Shown here: one piece after another, positions 1-4,142 of the stretch
Numbering within the stretch: the first letter of the stretch is position 1
Layout: each line of letters opens with the position of its first letter
Source of the DNA: a virus
Taxonomy: Duplodnaviria > Heunggongvirae > Uroviricota > Caudoviricetes
Strand: one strand, 5' to 3'
Length of the DNA: 4,142 bases
Virus record (IMG/VR): IMGVR_UViG_2663763280_000002
Coordinates: 1 to 4,142 of that record
Notes under the pieces: generated by a model
What the model was told of the DNA's origin: nothing
The model's input: the letters and a program-made list of their open reading frames with translations, nothing else
The model's database searches: none
Translations under genes and position numbers: made by a program

Positions 1-1
1 G

Positions 2-433
2 GCTGCCGGAGGCGCTCAACAGGATGACGTGCTGATGTACGTGATGCTGTGGCGCATTGATGCCGGAGATTATGCAGGGGCGCTGGAGATCGGGCGTCAT
101 GCCCTGCGTCATGGCTGGGTGATGCCGCTGGGTAACCGCAACGTGCAGACCGTGCTGGCAGAGGAAATGGCAGACGCGGCGCAGAGCGCAATGCTTGCCG
201 CCACCGGCTTTGATGCCGATCTGTTGCTGCAGACGCTGGAGCTGACAGACGGTCTGGATATGCCGGACCAGTCACGGGCGCGTCTGCATAAAGCGATTGG
301 CGCTGTCCTGAGTGAAAGCAACCCGGCTTCCGCCCTTAATCATCTCAACCATGCGTTACAGCTCGATCCTCGCTGTGGCGTGAAAAAAGACAAACAGCAG
401 CTGGAGCGCAGACTGCGCAATGACAGCCGCTGA
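2..433 (+). CDS. M: Terminase small (endonuclease) subunit, gpM-like, C-terminal part; 5' end lies outside the window
   Basis: The reading frame is open from the window edge with no in-frame stop before TGA 431-433. The first start codon in frame is GTG 29, but the frame continues upstream, so the gene is 5'-truncated by the window. Assignment rests mainly on synteny: it sits immediately upstream of the L-X-lysis-R block, as in the P2 late operon (N-M-L-X). No diagnostic motif was verified. Confidence 0.5.
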   Translation, partial: AAGGAQQDDVLMYVMLWRIDAGDYAGALEIGRHALRHGWVMPLGNRNVQTVLAEEMADAAQSAMLAATGFDADLLLQTLELTDGLDMPDQSRARLHKAIGAVLSESNPASALNHLNHALQLDPRCGVKKDKQQLERRLRNDSR

Positions 434-528
434 CAGAACGTGCCCCCGCGCACGGGCGGCACGGGGTGGCGAAAGGCACTGCCACATCAAAACCCCGTCC
501 ACCGCCCTCTATTTCAGGAGAAAGCAGC

Positions 529-993
529 ATGAAGTTTGTTGCGCCAGAACAGGCACCAGAACAGGCGGAAATCATCAGGAATACGCCGTTCTGGCCTGAT
601 GTGGACCTGTCGGAGTTTCGCAGCGTGATGCGCACTGACGGCACGGTGACGCAGCCGCGTTTAAAGCAGGTTGCGCTGTCGGCAATTTCGGAGGTCAACG
701 CAGAGCTGTATGAGTTTCGCAGACGCCAGCAGATGCTGGGGTATGCCTCGCTGGCAGAAGTTCCGGCGGAACAGCTGGACGGCAAAAGTGAGCGCATTCA
801 GCACTATTTCAACGCGGTTTACTGCTGGGCACGCGCCATGCTCAACGAACGATACCAGGACTATGACGCCACGGCGTCCGGTGTGAAGCGGGGCGAGGAA
901 CTGGCGGAAGCAAGCGGTGATTTGTGGCGTGACGCCCGCTGGGCCATCAGCCGGGTGCAGGATGCGCCGCACTGCACAGTGGAGCTTATCTGA
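529..993 (+). CDS. L: Head completion/stabilization protein, gpL-like
   Basis: ATG 529 is preceded by AGGAG at 516-520 (8-nt spacer). The GTG at 466 used by the ORF track lacks an RBS. Stop TGA 991-993 overlaps the next start by 1 nt (ATG 993). 154 aa. Position between M and X matches the P2 order. Confidence 0.7.
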   Translation: MKFVAPEQAPEQAEIIRNTPFWPDVDLSEFRSVMRTDGTVTQPRLKQVALSAISEVNAELYEFRRRQQMLGYASLAEVPAEQLDGKSERIQHYFNAVYCWARAMLNERYQDYDATASGVKRGEELAEASGDLWRDARWAISRVQDAPHCTVELI

Positions 994-1196
994 TGAAAGT
1001 GCGTGCGCATCAGTATGACACGGTGGACGCGCTTTGCTGGCGTCATTACGGGCGCACGCAGGGGGTCACGGAGCAGGTACTGAAGGCAAATCCGGGGCTT
1101 GCCGAATACGGCCCCTTTTTACCTCACGGGCTGCAGGTGGAGCTGCCGGACATTCCGACCACCACCACCGTGCAGACCGTCCAGCTATGGGACTGA
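993..1196 (+). CDS. X: Phage tail protein X, gpX-like
   Basis: 67 aa ORF with ATG 993 and TGA 1194-1196. Same length class as P2 gpX. The sequence pattern (YGRTQGV...VLKANPGLAE...LPHG..VELPD) matches my recollection of the tail X family. Translationally coupled to L. Confidence 0.75.
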   Translation: MKVRAHQYDTVDALCWRHYGRTQGVTEQVLKANPGLAEYGPFLPHGLQVELPDIPTTTTVQTVQLWD

Positions 1197-1199
1197 ATT

Positions 1200-1415
1200 A
1201 TGACGCTTGAGCGAATCAGCGCCTTTATCACGTATTGCATCGCCGTCGTGCTGGCCTGGCTGGGCGATTTGTCCATCAAGGATGCCTCAACGCTGGGCGG
1301 TCTGATGATTGGTGTACTGATGCTGGCTATCAACTGGTACTACAAACACAAATCCTACCTGCTTCTGCGCGACGGGCAGATCTCGCGGGAGGACTATGAA
1401 TCCATCAATCGTTAA
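1200..1415 (+). CDS. Small class II holin, possible pinholin
   Basis: 71 aa. Two predicted hydrophobic helices (approx. residues 6-22 ISAFITYCIAVVLAWLG and 31-49 TLGGLMIGVLMLAINWYY) followed by a charged C-terminal tail (KHKSYLLLRDGQISREDYESINR). ATG 1200 lies 3 nt after the X stop. The 3' end overlaps the endolysin start by 20 nt. It occupies the holin position of the P2 lysis cassette. Confidence 0.7.
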   Translation: MTLERISAFITYCIAVVLAWLGDLSIKDASTLGGLMIGVLMLAINWYYKHKSYLLLRDGQISREDYESINR

Positions 1416-1908
1416 ACGCTGCCTTGTCGGGGCCGTGCTGGCTATTGCTGCCACGCTGCCGGGTTTTCAGCAGCTTCACACCTCCGTGGAGGGGCTGAAA
1501 CTGATTGCTGATTACGAAGGCTGTCGTCTGCAGCCGTATCAGTGCAGCGCGGGTGTCTGGACCGACGGCATTGGTAATACATCGGGCGTCATTCCCGGCA
1601 AAACAATCACGGAACGACAGGCAGCAGAAGGGCTGATCTCCAACGTGCTGCGTGTGGAGCGGGTACTGGAAAGGTGTGTGAAGCAACTGCCACCACAGAA
1701 GGTGTATGACGCTACGGTGTCGTTTGCCTTCAACGTGGGGACGGGCAATGCCTGCAGCTCCACGCTGGTGAAATTGCTCAATCAGCGGCGCTGGGCGGAT
1801 GCGTGCCGACAGTTGCCGCGCTGGGTTTATGTAAAAGGTGTGTTTAATCAGGGGCTGGATAACCGCCGTGCGCGGGAGATGGCCTGGTGTTTACAGGGAG
1901 CAAACTGA
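1396..1908 (+). CDS. K: SAR-type endolysin, T4-lysozyme-like (GH24) muramidase
   Basis: ATG 1396 is preceded by GGGAGG (1387-1392). 170 aa. After K7-R8 the N-terminus has a weakly hydrophobic Gly/Ala-rich segment (CLVGAVLAIAATLPGF) typical of signal-arrest-release domains. The lysozyme catalytic region is DYEGCRLQPYQCSAGVWTDGIGNT (Glu41 ... Thr56). Cysteines at positions 9, 43 and 50 match the pattern of P1 Lyz-like SAR endolysins. Confidence 0.85.
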   Translation: MNPSIVKRCLVGAVLAIAATLPGFQQLHTSVEGLKLIADYEGCRLQPYQCSAGVWTDGIGNTSGVIPGKTITERQAAEGLISNVLRVERVLERCVKQLPPQKVYDATVSFAFNVGTGNACSSTLVKLLNQRRWADACRQLPRWVYVKGVFNQGLDNRRAREMAWCLQGAN

Positions 1909-1909
1909 A

Positions 1910-2287
1910 ATGAAAAAGAAATTAATCAGCGGACTGTTTCTGATGTTATGGATGGCGCTGTTAATCGCAGCAATGGTGTATCCGCAGGGGATTTTTCCGG
2001 TACTGGCAGCGTCCGGCGTTTGGGTAGCCTGTTTGCTGACATGGGCGGTAATTCCGGTAGCACTGGCTGCGTTAATTAAGAATGGCCCGCTCTGGCAGGA
2101 GTTAAGGGCATCTTTACTGAAGACAATTACCCGAAAAGAAAACGTATTTATCAGTTGGGTGATGCGATTGCTGATTGTTGTAAGTCTCGCCTGGACGGGG
2201 TGGGCTATTACCCTGGTCTTTTATCTACTGACCGTTATTGCCTTCTGGATCACCCGTAATCAGATGGCGCAACAGGTAGCAGCATGA
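1910..2287 (+). CDS. lysA: LysA-like integral membrane protein, lysis-timing accessory
   Basis: ATG 1910 is 1 nt after the endolysin stop (TGA 1906-1908), with GGGAG at 1896-1900 (9-nt spacer). 125 aa with about four predicted transmembrane helices. Located between the endolysin and LysB as in P2. The GTG at 1838 in the ORF track would overlap the endolysin by 70 nt and has no RBS. Confidence 0.6.
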   Translation: MKKKLISGLFLMLWMALLIAAMVYPQGIFPVLAASGVWVACLLTWAVIPVALAALIKNGPLWQELRASLLKTITRKENVFISWVMRLLIVVSLAWTGWAITLVFYLLTVIAFWITRNQMAQQVAA

Positions 2288-2712
2288 ACCGGTTGCTGCT
2301 GGTTGTGCTGGCGTTATTACTGGCGGCGCTGGGCTGGCAGACGTGGCGGCTGGCTGATGCCAGCCAGACCATTAGCACGCAGGCAGACGAGCTGCAGAGC
2401 AAAAGCCAGGCACTGGCAAAGAGCAACAGCCAGCTTATCAGCCTGTCCATTCTGACTGAAACCAATAACCGGGAGCAGGCGCGGCTCTATGCCGAAGCAG
2501 AACAGACCAGCGCGCTGCTGAGACAACGACAACACCGGATCGAGGAACTGAAACGTGAGAACGAGGATTTACGCCGCTGGACTGATACTCCTTTGCCTGC
2601 TGACATTATCCGGCTGCGGGAACGTCCGACGCTCACCGGAGGTGCAGCTTATCGTCAGTGGTTGTCCGCGAGTGACACCGTGTCGGCTGGATCAGGCAGA
2701 GCCGCGCACTAA
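2284..2712 (+). CDS. lysB: LysB, inner-membrane spanin (i-spanin, Rz-like)
   Basis: ATG 2284 overlaps the lysA stop (ATGA). N-terminal transmembrane helix (LLLVVLALLLAALGW) followed by a Q/A/E/R-rich, coiled-coil-like periplasmic region. 142 aa. Contains the out-of-frame start of the lipoprotein gene lysC. Confidence 0.7.
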   Translation: MNRLLLVVLALLLAALGWQTWRLADASQTISTQADELQSKSQALAKSNSQLISLSILTETNNREQARLYAEAEQTSALLRQRQHRIEELKRENEDLRRWTDTPLPADIIRLRERPTLTGGAAYRQWLSASDTVSAGSGRAAH

Positions 2713-2845
2713 CGGTGATCTGAACGCGTTGTTGGATGAAACGGAGGCCGCCTGGGCGGTCTGTGCAGACAAAGTGGACATGATTATTGCGTGTCAGGAG
2801 CAAAACAGTGAACAAACCACAATCCCTGCGCCACGCCCTCAATAA
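2555..2845 (+). CDS. lysC: LysC, outer-membrane lipoprotein spanin (o-spanin, Rz1-like)
   Basis: GTG 2555 with GAGGAA at 2541-2546. Signal peptide MRTRIYAAGLILLCLLTLSG followed by the lipobox Cys21 (L-S-G-C); the residue after the Cys is Gly, consistent with outer-membrane sorting. Pro-rich C-terminus (TTIPAPRPQ). It starts inside lysB in another frame and extends 133 nt past the lysB stop, which is the overlapped spanin architecture. Confidence 0.7.
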   Translation: MRTRIYAAGLILLCLLTLSGCGNVRRSPEVQLIVSGCPRVTPCRLDQAEPRTNGDLNALLDETEAAWAVCADKVDMIIACQEQNSEQTTIPAPRPQ

Positions 2846-3239
2846 AGCGGTGCCTTATGTCCGCAATAACCCGGACAAACTGCATCTGTTTGTGGATAAC
2901 GGTTCGCTGGTTGCCACGGGGGCCAGCTCCATGTCGTGGGAGTACCGTTACACCCTGAACGCGGTGATTGAGGATTTCAGCGGCGACCAGAATCTGCTGA
3001 TGGCCCCGGTTTTGCTGTGGCTGAGGGATAACCAGCCCGATGCCATCAATAACCCGGCGTTACGGGAAAAACTATTCACCTTTGAGGTGGATATTCTGCG
3101 CAACGATGTCTGTGATATCAGCCTGAACCTGCAACTGACGGAGCGTGTGCTGGTCAGCACTGACGGTAGTGTGTCGAGTGTTGAAGCTATAGCGGAACCT
3201 GATGAACCTGAAGAAATGTGGACGGTGAAACGTGGCTGA
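2808..3239 (+). CDS. R: Tail completion protein, gpR-like
   Basis: GTG 2808 with AGGAG at 2796-2800 (7-nt spacer); the TTG at 2787 used by the ORF track is less likely. 143 aa. The N-terminus ([10 protein letters not shown]...[14 protein letters not shown]) resembles P2 tail completion protein R as I recall it. Stop TGA 3237-3239. The last few codons lie at or near the junction with non-phage sequence, so the integrity of the C-terminus is uncertain. Confidence 0.7.
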   Translation: MNKPQSLRHALNKAVPYVRNNPDKLHLFVDNGSLVATGASSMSWEYRYTLNAVIEDFSGDQNLLMAPVLLWLRDNQPDAINNPALREKLFTFEVDILRNDVCDISLNLQLTERVLVSTDGSVSSVEAIAEPDEPEEMWTVKRG

Positions 3240-3244
3240 ACTGC

Positions 3245-3511
3245 AGACTGATGCACTCACTGGCGGTCACTGAACAACGCGCCAGCTTCAAAGCGTGGAC
3301 ATTACTGCTGGCAATCAGTGCCTTCTCGTTGTGTCTGCTGGGGACTTTCCTGGTGCGTTCCGGCGTGCTGGTATCGGTACACGCGTTTGCCTCTGATCCG
3401 GCACGCGGTATGTTTATCCTCGCCTTTATGGTACTGGTGATTGGTGGTTCGCTGCTGCTGTTTGCCGCACGTGGACACAAAGTTCGCTCACGCGTAAACA
3501 ATGCGCTGTGG
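3245..3511 (+). pseudogene. ccmF: Internal fragment of a cytochrome c maturation heme lyase (CcmF/NrfE family); no start codon context and no native C-terminus
   Basis: Translation [88 protein letters not shown] matches my recollection of the CcmF/NrfE region just after the Trp-rich WWD domain, including a His that would be the conserved periplasmic His. About 90 of roughly 650 codons are present. The frame ends in KTGT-stop at 3524-3526, which I do not recognise as CcmF. Boundaries are approximate (about 15 nt). Confidence 0.6.
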
Positions 3512-3613
3512 AAAACGGGCACTTAGCGTGGCAAATTGCGCTACCGGGGCACAACGCTGACGCAGCGTAGCGAGCTGTCCTTCCAGTTTTTCCAGCAGCA
3601 GGGCGGTTTTCAC
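3512..3613 (-). pseudogene. priC: 5' fragment (about 34 codons) of a priC-like gene (primosomal replication protein N'')
   Basis: The minus strand reads GTG (3613-3611) then [34 protein letters not shown], preceded by GAGGT about 5 nt upstream and an AT-rich TATCAT-containing region. This resembles the N-terminus of enterobacterial PriC from memory. The frame then runs into the ccmF-like fragment and stops (PQRIVYA-stop). Identification is less certain than for the other fragments. Confidence 0.4.
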
Positions 3614-3897
3614 GATAAGACCTCAATGAAAATGATAATTGTTATGCTAAAGTAGCCACTCTGTAAGCTGACAACACTCAATATGCAACGAATCATTTTA
3701 ATCATCATGTTGAACTGGTACAGGCAACCAGCGGCACGCTGATGATTTTGCGCCATACCGCACCGCTAAGTTCGGCTGATCGCGAAAAACTGGAACGCTT
3801 TTCGCATTCTGAAGGCCTGGATCTGTATCTCGCCCCCGATAGTGAGATACTCGAAACCGTCTCTGGTGAGATGCCCTGGTATGACTCAAACGGGTTT
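3614..3897. other. AT-rich non-coding spacer between the divergent priC-like and rluD-like starts; origin unassigned, possible promoter sequences
   Basis: No recognisable coding signal; the ORFs here are short and unrecognised. Local AT-rich stretch around 3620-3720 (e.g. TATCAT about 25 nt upstream of the minus-strand GTG). This may contain native upstream regions of the flanking fragments, or a further unrecognised fragment. Confidence 0.3.
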
Positions 3898-4002
3898 ATG
3901 GCACAACGAGTACAGCTCACTGCAACGGTGTCCGAAAACCAACTCGGTCAACGCTTAGATCAGGCTTTGGCCGAAATGTTCCCGGATTATTCACGTTCGC
4001 GC
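3898..4002 (+). pseudogene. rluD: 5' fragment (35 codons) of rluD-like 23S rRNA pseudouridine synthase D
   Basis: ATG 3898 followed by [35 protein letters not shown], which matches the N-terminus (S4-like domain) of E. coli-type RluD as I recall it. After codon 35 the frame continues as [16 protein letters not shown]-stop (4051-4053), which is not RluD and corresponds to the antisense of the next fragment. Confidence 0.6.
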
Positions 4003-4142
4003 CAATCGTTCCCTGGCCAGCAATCACTTTCGGATCATCGTAAGGTGGGATAAAAATACGACCTTCCATTTCGACAATTTCGCTCACTTTAGCGATAGTG
4101 TCGTTGAAATTATCACCATGCAGAACGACTTCTGCGGAGTAG
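4003..4142 (-). pseudogene. tdcB: Internal fragment of a PLP-dependent threonine/serine dehydratase (TdcB-like), running off the window end
   Basis: The minus strand from 4141 downward translates to [47 protein letters not shown], which matches my recollection of catabolic threonine dehydratase TdcB (fold-type II PLP enzyme). Homology ends at about 4003, where the rluD-like sequence begins. About 46 codons are present. Confidence 0.6.

Noticed and set aside
436-456. Short GC-rich inverted repeat (CGTGC...GCACG) between M and L, a possible terminator
   Set aside because: Only about a 5-bp stem with a C-rich loop and no downstream T-run; M and L are expected to be co-transcribed. It does not meet intrinsic terminator criteria.
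466-528. GTG 466 as an extended start for gpL
   Set aside because: No Shine-Dalgarno upstream, and the extension is Pro/Ser-rich linker-like sequence, whereas ATG 529 has a well-spaced AGGAG.
109-797. Minus-strand ORFs 109-321 (70 aa) and 345-797 (150 aa) antisense to the M-like and L genes
   Set aside because: They lie entirely antisense to conserved phage structural genes in GC-rich sequence where long spurious antisense frames are common. They have Ser/Arg/Cys-rich low-complexity translations and no RBS.
661-1046. ORFs 661-972 (-), 671-886 (+) and 861-1046 (-) inside or antisense to gpL and gpX
   Set aside because: Alternative-frame or antisense ORFs nested within a well-supported gene; no independent start signals and implausible composition.
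1157-1170. ACCACCACCACC short tandem repeat
   Set aside because: It encodes a TTTT run near the gpX C-terminus; only four units, inside a CDS, and not a CRISPR or VNTR-like array.
1124-1333. Minus-strand ORF 1124-1333 and other antisense ORFs across the lysis cassette (1405-1686, 1539-1781, 2250-2465, 2317-2535, 2633-2842)
   Set aside because: All are antisense to genes with strong functional signatures (SAR endolysin, spanins) and lack start-site support.
1838-1909. GTG 1838 as the LysA start (149-aa version)
   Set aside because: It would overlap the endolysin by 70 nt with no RBS. ATG 1910 has GGGAG at the right spacing and begins with a typical membrane-protein N-terminus (MKKK then a hydrophobic helix).
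2787-2807. TTG 2787 as the gpR start
   Set aside because: TTG is rare and the Shine-Dalgarno AGGAG (2796-2800) lies downstream of it; GTG 2808 is correctly spaced.
3242-3247. CTGCAG (PstI) hexamer right at the gpR/ccmF-like junction as a possible cloning scar
   Set aside because: A single 6-bp site is expected by chance many times in 4 kb of 55-60% GC DNA; there is no second site or vector-like sequence. Mentioned only because of its position.
2948-3260. Minus-strand ORFs 2948-3256 and 3072-3260 antisense to gpR
   Set aside because: Antisense to a recognisable tail completion gene; Ser-rich low-complexity translation.
3187-3626. Minus-strand ORFs 3187-3522 (111 aa) and 3426-3626 (66 aa)
   Set aside because: They run antisense through the CcmF-like fragment and across two junctions; most simply frame artefacts of the mosaic region. 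The real minus-strand signal is the shorter priC-like frame.
3698-3920. Minus-strand ORFs 3698-3889 and 3705-3920 upstream of the rluD-like start
   Set aside because: Translations are not recognisable; I specifically looked for a divergent BamD-like N-terminus and did not find one. No RBS support.
1-4142. Search for a defence, toxin-antitoxin or other cargo island between the phage genes
   Set aside because: All phage genes from 433 to 3239 are contiguous or overlapping. The only intergenic gap is 95 bp (434-528), with no room for an inserted gene. No HEPN, nuclease, ATPase-like or toxin-like ORF was seen.

Overview
Positions 1-3239 are a tightly packed, co-directional late-gene block of a P2-like prophage: the 3' end of a terminase small subunit (M-like), head completion L, tail X, a full lysis cassette (small class II holin, SAR-type GH24 endolysin, LysA-like membrane protein, overlapped LysB/LysC spanins) and tail completion R. 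This part looks canonical, with no inserted cargo gene. Directly after the R stop codon the phage synteny ends (no S/V/W/J genes), and the last ~900 bp is a patchwork of short pieces that resemble unrelated enterobacterial housekeeping genes: a ccmF/nrfE-like internal fragment (+), a priC-like 5' end (-), an rluD-like 5' end (+) and a tdcB-like internal fragment (-). These pieces abut one another with no IS element, repeat or att-like sequence at the joins. I see no CRISPR array, tRNA or rRNA, and no convincing novel multi-gene system. The most unusual signal is this mosaic region, which could be a real rearrangement scar or a chimeric or artificial join. All family assignments come from reading the translations and recalling protein families; no database search was run.
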